The notes under the pieces: model-generated
The model's input: only the letters and a program-made list of their open reading frames with translations
Told to the model about the DNA's origin: nothing
Databases searched by the model: none
Made by a program: the position numbers and the translations under genes
From: Nitrospiraceae bacterium
GTDB lineage: Bacteria > Nitrospirota > Nitrospiria > Nitrospirales > Nitrospiraceae
DNA length: 28,089 nt
NCBI GenBank assembly: GCA_037442105.1
Contig: JBBIQV010000008.1
Span: 62,001-90,089 of the forward strand
Reading direction: 5' to 3'
Part shown: positions 9,436 to 18,584 of the stretch, piece after piece
Layout: each line of letters begins with the position of its first letter
How positions within the stretch are numbered: position 1 is the stretch's first letter

Positions 9436-10510
9436 TCGCGACCTGAATCGTACCGAACAAGCGTCTGCGAAACGAAAGGAACAGGCGAGAGCGCGTGGAC
9501 AGGTCGCGGTCAGCCGGGACGTTTCCACGGCCGCCGTGTTGCTGGGTGGATTCGGACTGCTGTACTTCCTGACGCATGCGGCGATGACGAAACTAGGCGC
9601 TCTCATCAAGGAGTGGCTGATCTCCGCAGCCGATGCCGGCGTTCGGTCCCGGCTGACGGTCGATCATGTACACGAGATCGTGACGAAGGCAGGGTCGGAC
9701 CTGTTGTTCCTGCTTCTTCCGCTCGTGGCCGGCATTGCGGTGCTCGGTGTGGGGTCTACGGTGGCCCAGACGGGGTTCATCTGGAAAACGGAGGGTCTCG
9801 GATTCGATCTCGGCCGTCTGAATCCTTGGCCGGGCTTACAGCGCATCGCTTCGCTCCGTTCCCTCGCTGAGCTGAGCAAAGCGGTTCTGAAAGTCTTGTT
9901 CATCGGCGCGGCCGGCTTTTATGCCGTGCGGAACGACGTTGCAATCCTTCCCGAGCTGGTGCAGTACCCGCTGGATGGCATCCTCTCAACGCTCGGGTGG
10001 CTCATCATTAAAACCGCGCTGTCCATTTCCATCGCGGTCGCCTTCGTTGCCGCGCTCGACTACGGATATCAGCGATTCGAGTGGGAGCGAAACCTGCGTA
10101 TGTCGCGCGAAGAGGTGAAAGAGGAGCACCGCGAGGCCGAGGGCGATCCGCACATCCGTTCGCGCATCCGCAGTCTGCAACGCGATATGGCGCGCAAACG
10201 CATGTTGGCCGATGTGAAGAAGGCCGACGTCGTGGTGACCAACCCCGATCACCTCGCCGTGGCGTTGAAATACGACCAGTTCCGCATGGCTGCCCCCGTC
10301 GTCGTGGCGAAAGGCGCCGGATACGTGGCGGAGCGGATCAAGGAGATCGCCCGAGAGCACGGGGTCATGGTCGTCGAGAACAAATTCGTCGCCCGTACCC
10401 TCTATAAATTGGTGGAGGTCGGCCGCGAGATTCCCTCCGATCTATATCGCGCCGTGGCCGAGATCTTGGCCTTTGTCTATCGGGTGCGCGGCAAGGTTCC
10501 TGTTCGGTAA
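9428..10510 (+). CDS. flhB: Export switch protein FlhB
   Basis: RTEQASAKRKEQARARGQV, MSREEVKEEHREAEGDP, VTNPDHLAVALKY, PVVVAKG. Confidence 0.97.
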   Translation: MADRDLNRTEQASAKRKEQARARGQVAVSRDVSTAAVLLGGFGLLYFLTHAAMTKLGALIKEWLISAADAGVRSRLTVDHVHEIVTKAGSDLLFLLLPLVAGIAVLGVGSTVAQTGFIWKTEGLGFDLGRLNPWPGLQRIASLRSLAELSKAVLKVLFIGAAGFYAVRNDVAILPELVQYPLDGILSTLGWLIIKTALSISIAVAFVAALDYGYQRFEWERNLRMSREEVKEEHREAEGDPHIRSRIRSLQRDMARKRMLADVKKADVVVTNPDHLAVALKYDQFRMAAPVVVAKGAGYVAERIKEIAREHGVMVVENKFVARTLYKLVEVGREIPSDLYRAVAEILAFVYRVRGKVPVR

Positions 10511-10531
10511 TTGAACATCGAGAGCCGATCA

Positions 10532-12622
10532 ATGAGCGGCGAGACACAAGCGGCTTCGCAGACATCCCTGGTCAAGCATCCGGATATCCTCATGTCCGTG
10601 GGTGTCGTGGCCACCCTCATGGTCATGCTGCTGCCCTTACCCAGGTTTCTGCTCGATTTGCTGCTGAGTTTCAACATCACTCTGTCCATCATGATTCTGC
10701 TTGTGGGACTGCAAGTCAGGCGGCCGCTCGAATTCTCCGTCTTCCCCTCCATCCTGTTGATGATCACGCTGCTCCGTCTCTCCTTGAACATCGCCTCAAC
10801 CCGGTTGATCTTGCTCCACGGCAACGAGGGGGTCATGGCCGCAGGAGAGGTGATCCGCGCCTTCGGGAATTTCGTCGTCGGGGGGAATTACACCGTCGGC
10901 CTGGTCGTATTCACGATCCTGGTCATCATCAATTTCGTCGTCGTGACGAAAGGCGCGGGACGGGTCGCGGAAGTGGCCGCGCGTTTTACCTTGGATGCCA
11001 TGCCCGGGAAGCAGATGAGCATCGACGCCGATCTGAACGCGGGCATCATCAACGAAGCGGAGGCCAGGCGGCGCCGGAAACTCATTGCCGAGGAGGCGGA
11101 CTTCTACGGTGCGATGGACGGCGCCAGCAAGTTCGTGCGGGGAGATGCGATCGCCGCAGTGGTGATCATTCTCGTGAATATCTTGGGCGGCTTGACCATC
11201 GGCGTCTTGCAACAAGGCATGACGCTCGCCGCCGCCGCGCAGACCTACACGCTCCTGACGGTCGGGGAAGGTTTGGTCGCTCAGGTGCCCGCGCTGATCG
11301 TTTCAACCGCCGCCGGTATTGTCGTCACCCGCGCCGCGTCCGAGAGCAACCTGGGTCTTGAAATCACCAGGCAGATTCTGACCTCGCCCAAATCCGTTGG
11401 GACCGCCGCCGGCATTTTATTGGGGTTGGGGCTGGTGCCGGGTCTTCCGCATGTTGCCTTCCTGCTGCTTGGCGGTGCGGTTGCCTGGATTGCCTATGAA
11501 CTACACCGGCGCGAACACAAGGAGCCGGCTGTCCCGCAACCGCCGGCGGCTCCGGCCAAGACGGAAGAGCCCATTGCGCGCGTCGTGCCGCTGGACCTCA
11601 TGGAAGTCCAGGTCGGGTACGGACTCATCGGTCTCGTCGAGGGTCAGCACGGCGGGGCGTTGCTGGATCGTATCAAGGGACTCAGGCGGCAGTTTGCTGA
11701 AATGATGGGGTTCGTGATTCCGCCCATCCATATTCGCGACAACTTGCAACTTCGCCCGAACGAGTACGCGATCGTGCTTAAAGGCGTGGAGCTGACCAAA
11801 TCCGAAGTCCTGCCCGCGCATGTCTTGGCCATCGATCCGGGCACCGCCCATCGCGGCGGTGTGCAGGGCATTGCCACGAAGGAGCCGGCGTTCGGCTTGC
11901 CGGCACTGTGGGTCCCGGAGTCCGCTCGCGAGCAGGCCCAGTTGGCCGGTTACACGGTGGTGGATGCCAGCTCCGCCATTGCCACTCATTTGTCGGAAGT
12001 CATTAAGCGCTACGCACACGAGCTGCTTGGAAGACAGGAAGTTCAGGGCTTGCTCGACGAACTGGCGAAAGTCCATCCCAAGCTGGTTGAAGAACTGGTT
12101 CCTACGGCGTTATCCCTCGGAAACGTCGTTCGCATTCTGGCCAATCTTCTTCGGGAGGGCGTTCCGATCCGCGACCTCCGGACGATCCTGGAAGCGGTGG
12201 CAGACCATGCGCAGACCACGAAAGACCCTGAAGTGCTGACCGAAGTCGCACGGCACGCATTGGCGCGGACCATCACGCGGCAATACCTCGGCCCGGACGG
12301 CACGCTGTCGATCATCAGCCTTGACCCGCGTGTGGATCGGACGCTTGCGGACCAATCTGCACCGGCGCAGGGCGGGGCCACCGGCATGATCGACCCCACG
12401 TTGTCTCAACAACTTGTTGCGGCACTGAAGCAGGCGGCGGAACGGGTTGCGTCGAAAGGCCATCAACCGGTCGTACTGTGCTCACCGGCCAGCCGACGCC
12501 ATCTTCGCAAATTGACGGATCGCGTTCTCCACTCGGTGCCGATTCTGGGGCTGAACGAAATCGACGGGATGGCCAAGTTACAGGCGGTGGAGACTGTCCG
12601 GCTCGAACTCGGGAGCGCTTAG
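10532..12622 (+). CDS. flhA: Export apparatus protein FlhA
   Basis: RVAEVAARFTLDAMPGKQMSIDADL, FYGAMDGASKFVRGDA. Start is ATG 10532 or TTG 10511. Confidence 0.98.
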   Translation: MSGETQAASQTSLVKHPDILMSVGVVATLMVMLLPLPRFLLDLLLSFNITLSIMILLVGLQVRRPLEFSVFPSILLMITLLRLSLNIASTRLILLHGNEGVMAAGEVIRAFGNFVVGGNYTVGLVVFTILVIINFVVVTKGAGRVAEVAARFTLDAMPGKQMSIDADLNAGIINEAEARRRRKLIAEEADFYGAMDGASKFVRGDAIAAVVIILVNILGGLTIGVLQQGMTLAAAAQTYTLLTVGEGLVAQVPALIVSTAAGIVVTRAASESNLGLEITRQILTSPKSVGTAAGILLGLGLVPGLPHVAFLLLGGAVAWIAYELHRREHKEPAVPQPPAAPAKTEEPIARVVPLDLMEVQVGYGLIGLVEGQHGGALLDRIKGLRRQFAEMMGFVIPPIHIRDNLQLRPNEYAIVLKGVELTKSEVLPAHVLAIDPGTAHRGGVQGIATKEPAFGLPALWVPESAREQAQLAGYTVVDASSAIATHLSEVIKRYAHELLGRQEVQGLLDELAKVHPKLVEELVPTALSLGNVVRILANLLREGVPIRDLRTILEAVADHAQTTKDPEVLTEVARHALARTITRQYLGPDGTLSIISLDPRVDRTLADQSAPAQGGATGMIDPTLSQQLVAALKQAAERVASKGHQPVVLCSPASRRHLRKLTDRVLHSVPILGLNEIDGMAKLQAVETVRLELGSA

Positions 12623-12664
12623 CAAGATGTTGAAATTGGAACATCGTTAACGGGGAAAATCGCG

Positions 12665-14041
12665 ATGCAGGTCAAAATCTTTCACGCCTTCACCATGCAG
12701 GAAGCGATTCGCGCGATCGAAGCCGAGTTGGGACCGGATGCGGTGATACTGTCGACCAAGGAAATTCCCAAACAAAAGGCGCTCACGCGGTGGTTCGGCC
12801 GGCCTCTTATCGAAGTCACGGCGGCCATCGACCGCCATCCGTCTTCGAAGGAAACGCCGGTCGTCGGGCCCACTCCTAAATCGGCTACCGTCCGGCAAAA
12901 AGGGAAGCCGGAGTTTCATGAAACCTTGCTTGGCGCGATGCACGGCGCCGCATCGATAAAGCCCCCGCACACCAACGTAGAAAATCCTTCACCAAGATCG
13001 GAAATCGGACGACCACTCAGCTGCGCGACCGTTCCCCAGTTGGTCCGTATTCGAACGGAGTTGCGCGCTCTTCATCAGCACCTTGTAAAGGCTTATCCGG
13101 GAGACACGATCGCCGTGCCCAAGTCCGTTCCCGATCGGGTCGCGTCGCTGTATCGAGACCTCGTGGGGCGGGGCGCCTCTTCCCTGACTGCGACATCCAT
13201 CGTTCAGGAGATTCATGCCCGTCTCCCCGGCGCTCTTCTATTTGAAAGCAGCCGGCTCCGTGAGGTGCTCTATGGAATCCTGGCCCAACGGATTAGCACA
13301 AGCCGGCCGTTACTCACGCCCGGCGAGCCCAAGAAAACCGCTCTCTTTCTCGGACCCTCCGGCGCCGGTAAAACCACCGCTATCGTGAAACTGGCCGCGC
13401 ATTACCGGATGGAGCAACATCGCTCCGTTGCGATTATTACCTTGGATACGTATCGCCTGGCGGTGGTGGAACAACTTCGCCTGTACGCCACCACGCTCGG
13501 CATCCCTCTCGATGTTGCGCTCACCAGGCGCGAAGTCGTCCAGTGTCTCAAGCGCCGCCGGGACACAGAGCTTTTCTTGATCGATACGGGAGGTCGGAAT
13601 CAGACGGAATCGTTACACCTTGAAGACCTGCGCGGGTTGACGGCGCTCGATCAGCCGGTCGAAACCCATCTGGTGCTGGCGGCCAATACCCGCGAGCAGG
13701 ATCTACTGACAGCCGTGCACCGGTTCGCCGGCATTCCGGTCGATCGGCTGCTGTTTACCAAACTGGATGAGACGCTGGGCGTCGGCAGTCTTCTGACCGT
13801 TCAGGAGCAAACCGGCATTCCGCTGTCGTATTTCAGCACCGGTCCGCGCGTTCCGGTCGATTTCGAGCCGGCCGGCGCCGAGCGGCTGGCCGGTTTGCTG
13901 CTCGGCGAAACCTTGCAGGGCCAGGGCTTTTCATCTGAGAGGATCAGCGAGGATATCGCGCACACAGGGAGATTCGAATCCGCCGGGGCCGCCATGTGCT
14001 ACGGCGAGACCCGGCATTACGTTGAAGGAGGATTCAGATGA
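12665..14041 (+). CDS. flhF: SRP-family GTPase FlhF
   Basis: N-terminal MQEAIRAIEAELGPDAVILST, P-loop GPSGAGKTT, DTYR, DTGGR, TKLDE. Confidence 0.93.
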   Translation: MQVKIFHAFTMQEAIRAIEAELGPDAVILSTKEIPKQKALTRWFGRPLIEVTAAIDRHPSSKETPVVGPTPKSATVRQKGKPEFHETLLGAMHGAASIKPPHTNVENPSPRSEIGRPLSCATVPQLVRIRTELRALHQHLVKAYPGDTIAVPKSVPDRVASLYRDLVGRGASSLTATSIVQEIHARLPGALLFESSRLREVLYGILAQRISTSRPLLTPGEPKKTALFLGPSGAGKTTAIVKLAAHYRMEQHRSVAIITLDTYRLAVVEQLRLYATTLGIPLDVALTRREVVQCLKRRRDTELFLIDTGGRNQTESLHLEDLRGLTALDQPVETHLVLAANTREQDLLTAVHRFAGIPVDRLLFTKLDETLGVGSLLTVQEQTGIPLSYFSTGPRVPVDFEPAGAERLAGLLLGETLQGQGFSSERISEDIAHTGRFESAGAAMCYGETRHYVEGGFR

Positions 14042-14892
14042 GCTACAGGGTGGAGGAGTTCGGAACGGCTGGATTAACCGGGCTGGCTGACGCTCCTCGG
14101 GTGCAAGTGATTAGTGTCGCGAGCGGGAAAGGCGGGGTCGGAAAAACCAACGTCGTCGCCAACTTGGCCATCGCCCTCGCTCGGACCGGAAAACGAGTCT
14201 TGGTGCTGGATGCGGACCTCGGGCTTGGAAACCTTGATGTGCTTCTGGGACTCGTATCCGAATGGACGATCGAGCATGTGCTCTCCGGGAGCAAGCGGCT
14301 GGCGGACATTTTGTTGGATGGCCCGGGAGGTACGAAGGTTCTCCCTGCCGGTTCCGGTCTCCCCCAACTGACCGCGCTGACGGAAACGCAGCAGCTCCTG
14401 CTCCAGGATGAAATCGAAGGGCTTACCCAGTCGTTCGACTTGCTGCTGATCGACACGGCGGCCGGCATTTCTTCGAACGTCACGTTTTTCGCCGGTGCGG
14501 CTCACGAGATCATCATCGTAGTCTCACCGGAACCGACCTCGTTGACGGATGCCTATGCCTTGATGAAGGTCCTCGCCCGGCAATATCGAGAGCGGCGGTT
14601 CCGCATCCTCGTGAACATGGCCAGGAACCAGCGGGACGCCTTGCACGTGTTCCGGAAGCTGGATGTTGCGGCAGATCGGTTTCTGCACATCTCGCTCGAA
14701 TGGATGGGCTTCATTCCATTGGACGATTATGTGCCGCTCGCCGTCACGCAGCAACGAGCTGTGGCCGATCTCTTTCCCCGGGCCCCGGCCAGCCAAGCCT
14801 TCAGTCGGCTGGCTTCCGTCGTCGCCGGATGGGAACCGGCCGGGATTCCCAAAGGGACCGTGCAGTTCTTGTGGCAACGCCTCCTGAGGTAA
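14038..14892 (+). CDS. flhG: MinD-like ATPase FlhG/FleN
   Basis: SGKGGVGKT deviant Walker A, DADLGLGN, PEPTSLTDAYALMK; follows flhF. Confidence 0.95.
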   Translation: MSYRVEEFGTAGLTGLADAPRVQVISVASGKGGVGKTNVVANLAIALARTGKRVLVLDADLGLGNLDVLLGLVSEWTIEHVLSGSKRLADILLDGPGGTKVLPAGSGLPQLTALTETQQLLLQDEIEGLTQSFDLLLIDTAAGISSNVTFFAGAAHEIIIVVSPEPTSLTDAYALMKVLARQYRERRFRILVNMARNQRDALHVFRKLDVAADRFLHISLEWMGFIPLDDYVPLAVTQQRAVADLFPRAPASQAFSRLASVVAGWEPAGIPKGTVQFLWQRLLR

Positions 14893-14938
14893 CTCGACAT
14901 TCATCCATCATCATATCTTTCATTCTGACGTAGGAATC

Positions 14939-15688
14939 ATGAATAAAACCGACGCACGACAACCGGCGGCTTACATGGACACGGACGACGTGTCCCGTGA
15001 ACGGGTTATCCGTGAATTTGCCCACGTGATCAAAGCCATGGCGCATCGCCTCGCCTTCCGCCTTCCGGCGTACCTCGATGCAGAGGACCTGATTTCGGTC
15101 GGTATCATCGGACTGATGGATGCCATGACCAAGTACGATCCCTCGCGGGAGGCGAAATTCAAGACCTACGCCGAGTTCAGGATTCGCGGGGCCATGCTCG
15201 ACGAGATCCGTGCCATGGACTGGATTCCGCGGTCCGTGCATGAACGCATTTCGCTTCTCCAAAGGACTCAGACCGAATTGCTGAACCGGTATGGGCGTCC
15301 TCCTACGGATGAGGAAGTCGCCGGTGCGCTCAAGATGTCAGTCTCCGAATTAGATGAGTTCTTGTCGCGTGCGCGGGGCGCCGTCCTGATCAGCCTGGAT
15401 GACTTGGGGATTCATGAGCCGGACGGCCACAAGATTCTGAAGATGCTCACGGACCATCAGCATCCGGATCCGCTTTCAACGGTGGTGAACGAACGGGAGC
15501 GCGAACTCCTCGGCCGAGCGATTCAAGAACTCCCGGAGAAGGAACGCATGGTGCTGACGTTGTACTATTATGAAGAACTCACGATGAAGGAAATCGGCAG
15601 CCTCCTCCGAGTCACAGAATCCCGCGTCTGCCAAATTCACACGAAAGCGGTTCTGCGTCTCAAGTCCAAACTCGAAGTCATGCAGTAA
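14939..15688 (+). CDS. fliA: Flagellar sigma factor sigma28 (FliA/WhiG family)
   Basis: FKTYAEFRIRGAMLDEIRAMDW, LYYYEELTMKEIG...VTESRVCQIH. Confidence 0.97.
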   Translation: MNKTDARQPAAYMDTDDVSRERVIREFAHVIKAMAHRLAFRLPAYLDAEDLISVGIIGLMDAMTKYDPSREAKFKTYAEFRIRGAMLDEIRAMDWIPRSVHERISLLQRTQTELLNRYGRPPTDEEVAGALKMSVSELDEFLSRARGAVLISLDDLGIHEPDGHKILKMLTDHQHPDPLSTVVNERERELLGRAIQELPEKERMVLTLYYYEELTMKEIGSLLRVTESRVCQIHTKAVLRLKSKLEVMQ

Positions 15689-15828
15689 GCCCGGGTTCTC
15701 CTCTCCTGCCGCCGGCACGCGTCGTTCTCTGTTCGACGCTACTGATGTTTGTTGCTGTCCGTTGTCCGTCCTCGCTACAGTTTTCATTTCCATCAACCGA
15801 CATGCATGATGGTTGACCTGTCGCTGAC

Positions 15829-16626
15829 ATGCTGTCGGAACTTGCTATAGCCCGCATGGCACATCCGTTCGTGGGTCCGGGAGTCTTTCCGCTGATCTCG
15901 AAAACCGCCGCCGTAGGCGATGGATTCGGAATGTTGCTGCTCGCACCGGCGGCGATCCTTGCGGGAATTCTTCTTACAGGTGTCCTCATTCTCGGAGGAC
16001 TCTGGATCGTGCGACGGCGCCGTCAACATGGACCCCGCCGAACGCACGCTGCCGCGCAATCAACCGAGGTCTCGGCCTATGATTCCGTCACCAGTCTACC
16101 CACACGACGATTGTTCTCGACCTTGCTGGGCCAAGCCCTGAGCCGGGCAGCGAGAACCGGCCGATCCGTCGCACTCCTGGTGGTCGAACTGGACCATTTC
16201 AGGATGGTCTCTGAGAGTCAGGGCCAAGCGAATGGCAACATGCTTGTGCGAGTCCAAGCAGCCCGGGTCAAGAGCGTGTTGCGCTCAACGGATACGGTGG
16301 CGCGGCTGGCGCAGGATCAATTCGCGATGATCATCGACAATCTCTCCTCCCCCGACGACATCACCGCCGTCGTGCAGAAACTGCAAACGACGGTGGGACT
16401 TCCCTTGACGTTGGACGGCCACGAGCTGTTCTTGAGCTGCCGTATCGGAGTGGCCCTCTATCCACACGATGCGACGGATCGGGAGGAACTGATTGATCAG
16501 GCCATCCAGGCCGTGAAGACCGCCAAGGCTGAAGGGCAGGCGGTTCGACTCATATCCACGGGCACCATGTCGGCATCTCCGGCAGCACTCTCACCGGTCC
16601 CATCGCATGGAGCGCGCGAGTTGTAA
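15829..16626 (+). CDS. Single-TM degenerate GGDEF-domain protein (putative c-di-GMP receptor)
   Basis: TM helix followed by RRRR, then GGDEF-fold motifs YDSVTSLPTRR, VELDHFR, RSTDTVARL-AQDQF, SCRIGVALYP. True start may be ATG 15931. Confidence 0.85.
   Translation: MLSELAIARMAHPFVGPGVFPLISKTAAVGDGFGMLLLAPAAILAGILLTGVLILGGLWIVRRRRQHGPRRTHAAAQSTEVSAYDSVTSLPTRRLFSTLLGQALSRAARTGRSVALLVVELDHFRMVSESQGQANGNMLVRVQAARVKSVLRSTDTVARLAQDQFAMIIDNLSSPDDITAVVQKLQTTVGLPLTLDGHELFLSCRIGVALYPHDATDREELIDQAIQAVKTAKAEGQAVRLISTGTMSASPAALSPVPSHGAREL
15857..15872 (+). promoter_or_regulatory. Possible degenerate sigma54 promoter for the GGDEF gene
   Basis: TGGCAC-ATCCG-TTCGT: consensus -24 box with a non-consensus -12; shares CATGGCACATCC with the fliK promoter. 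Confidence 0.35.
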
Positions 16627-16835
16627 CTGATCGCTCCAGCGACTCCTTTCGCGATCTTTTTTCCCTGTTCCGGCAGCCTTTTCCTAGTCGGCCACTGTGT
16701 CTTGGTGCCTTCGAGTCATCATCCCTTTGATCAGTGGGACGAAGGCAGCCCGTTTCATCCACAGCACACAGCATTTTCAGATGTTTGTCGGGCGCGACCA
16801 TGGAGGTGCCGTGCCGGGCATGCGGCGCTGTGGGA

Positions 16836-16851
16836 TGGCATGTATGTTGCT
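16836..16851 (+). promoter_or_regulatory. Sigma54 promoter of the flgF operon
   Basis: TGGCAT-GTATG-TTGCT, exact GG-N10-GC, 38 bp before ATG 16889. Confidence 0.85.
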
Positions 16852-16888
16852 GAACTGTTCGACACGTTCGTCCCAAAGACACAACTGC

Positions 16889-17659
16889 ATGAACCGCGCA
16901 ATCTATCCCATACTCTCCGGCGCCATCGCACAGGAACGCCGCCTTCAGGTGTTCGCGAACAACATTGCCAACGTCAATACCGCCGGATTCAAACAAGACG
17001 ATCAGGGATTCCAAGCGGTCTTGGCTCGCCGCGTCGCCGGTCCGGCATTCACGCCTGGTGTCCGGACCATCGCGCAGCAGATCGTGTCCGCTCCGATCGG
17101 TCCCAGCGAGCGTGTCTATGCCGCCCCGCATTTTGTGCGAACTACTTTCGATGTCGGGCGCATCCGCATCACGGGCAATCCATTGGATATCGCGATTCAG
17201 GGAGAAGGTTTTTTCGAGATCAAAACGGCGCAGGGCCTACGCTATACACGGAACGGAATGTTCTCTCTCGACAACCAACGCCGGCTCGTCACCAACGCGG
17301 GTTATCCCGTGATGGGTACCAACGGAGAGATCAAGATTCCGCCGGGCACTCTTCAGATCAACGGCGTCGGGGCGATCCAGATCGACGGCCAGACGGTGGC
17401 CACCATCAAGATCGTGAGTTTTAGCGACAAGGAGATGCCGCATAAGCATGCCGAAGGTTTGTTCGCCGGTGATAAGGGGAAAGTCCTGCCGCACCCGACG
17501 CTGCAGCCCGGCCACATTGAGGAATCGAACGTCAATTCATTGGGCGAAATGGTGAAGATGATCCAAGGCATGCGGACGTACGAATCCGCGCAAAAACTGA
17601 TTCAGACCATCGATCGAATGGCGGAAGTCGCCATTCAGGACGTCGGACGGGTGCTGTAG
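16889..17659 (+). CDS. flgF: Basal-body rod protein FlgF
   Basis: MNRAIY...ANNIANVNTAGFK, TGNPLDIAIQGEGFF, YTRNG, IEESNVN; precedes flgG. Start reassigned downstream of the promoter. Confidence 0.92.
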   Translation: MNRAIYPILSGAIAQERRLQVFANNIANVNTAGFKQDDQGFQAVLARRVAGPAFTPGVRTIAQQIVSAPIGPSERVYAAPHFVRTTFDVGRIRITGNPLDIAIQGEGFFEIKTAQGLRYTRNGMFSLDNQRRLVTNAGYPVMGTNGEIKIPPGTLQINGVGAIQIDGQTVATIKIVSFSDKEMPHKHAEGLFAGDKGKVLPHPTLQPGHIEESNVNSLGEMVKMIQGMRTYESAQKLIQTIDRMAEVAIQDVGRVL

Positions 17660-17735
17660 AACAGCGAGCAGCGAATAGCCAATAGTGAATAGCAAAGAGC
17701 TTCCGGCTGTTCGCTGCCAGCTACTCGCTGCCAGC
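17659..17735. repeat. Imperfect 7-bp tandem repeats arranged as an inverted repeat (flgF-flgG)
   Basis: GAACAGC GAGCAGC GAATAGC CAATAGT GAATAGC AAAGAGC, TTCCG, then GCTGTTC GCTGCCA GCTACTC GCTGCCA. Confidence 0.8.
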
Positions 17736-17749
17736 ATAGGAGAAAAGCA

Positions 17750-18541
17750 ATGATCCGGGCCATGTGGACTGCCGCGACCGGCATGACGGCACAACAGATC
17801 AACGTCGATACGATCGCGCACAACCTGGCGAACGTGAACACGAACTCCTTCAAGCGGAGTCGCGCGGAATTCGCCGATCTCTTGTATCAGATTCAACGGC
17901 TGCCGGGCACCAATGCGTCGAACGTCGGTGTCTTTCCCGTCGGCGTGCAGATCGGAGCGGGCGTCCGGCCGGTCACCGTTGCAAAGGAATGGCTGCAGGG
18001 GAATATGCGGCAGACCAACAACGAACTGGATTTGGCGGTAGATGGACCAGGCTTCTTCCAGGTGTCACGGCCGGACGGAACAATTATGTATACGCGGAAC
18101 GGCTCGTTCAAACGGGATAACGTCGGCAACCTTGTCACGGGGGATGGGGACTTGCTGAACCCCGTCATCACCATTCCCTCCGGCGCCCTGAAGATCGACA
18201 TCGGTCAGGACGGTACCGTGTCGGTCCTGCTGCCGGGCGTCACGCAGGCTTCTCAGATCGGCCAGATCCAACTGTCTCGTTTCGATAACCCATCCGGGCT
18301 GGTCGCCATGGGGAACAACTTGTTTCTCGACAGCTTTGCATCCGGCCCTCCGCTGCAAGGGACAGGCGGATTTTCCACCGGCTTCGGGGCAATCCAGCAG
18401 GGATTTCTCGAAAGCTCCAACGTCAACCTTGCCGAGGAAATGGTCAACATGATCATCGCGCAGCGCAGCTACGAGATTAACTCGAAGACCATCCAGGCTT
18501 CGGACGAGATGATGGCGATCGCGAATAACCTGCGGAGGTAA
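17750..18541 (+). CDS. flgG: Distal rod protein FlgG
   Basis: MIRAMWTAATGMTAQQ, RAEFADLLYQ, LESSNVNLAEEMVNMIIAQRSYEINSK. Confidence 0.98.
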   Translation: MIRAMWTAATGMTAQQINVDTIAHNLANVNTNSFKRSRAEFADLLYQIQRLPGTNASNVGVFPVGVQIGAGVRPVTVAKEWLQGNMRQTNNELDLAVDGPGFFQVSRPDGTIMYTRNGSFKRDNVGNLVTGDGDLLNPVITIPSGALKIDIGQDGTVSVLLPGVTQASQIGQIQLSRFDNPSGLVAMGNNLFLDSFASGPPLQGTGGFSTGFGAIQQGFLESSNVNLAEEMVNMIIAQRSYEINSKTIQASDEMMAIANNLRR

Positions 18542-18584
18542 CCCGCGCAGCCGGCGGACGGGTTCTTAGGAAGGAGACGCGCTT

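Noticed and set aside
15689..15930. c-di-GMP riboswitch upstream of the GGDEF gene or in other intergenic regions
   Set aside because: No GEMM-type GCAAA/GNRA/GACGCAAA architecture is recognisable by eye; a covariance-model search would be decisive.
16697..16888. N-terminal extensions called by the ORF track for flgF (also fliL, flgN, flgK, csrA)
   Set aside because: Most overlap promoters or upstream genes; conserved N-termini and/or RBS positions support the downstream ATGs.
17659..17735. Heptamer arrays as CRISPR repeats or intrinsic terminators
   Set aside because: Units are 7 bp with no spacers or cas genes; there is no U-tract and they lie mid-operon.
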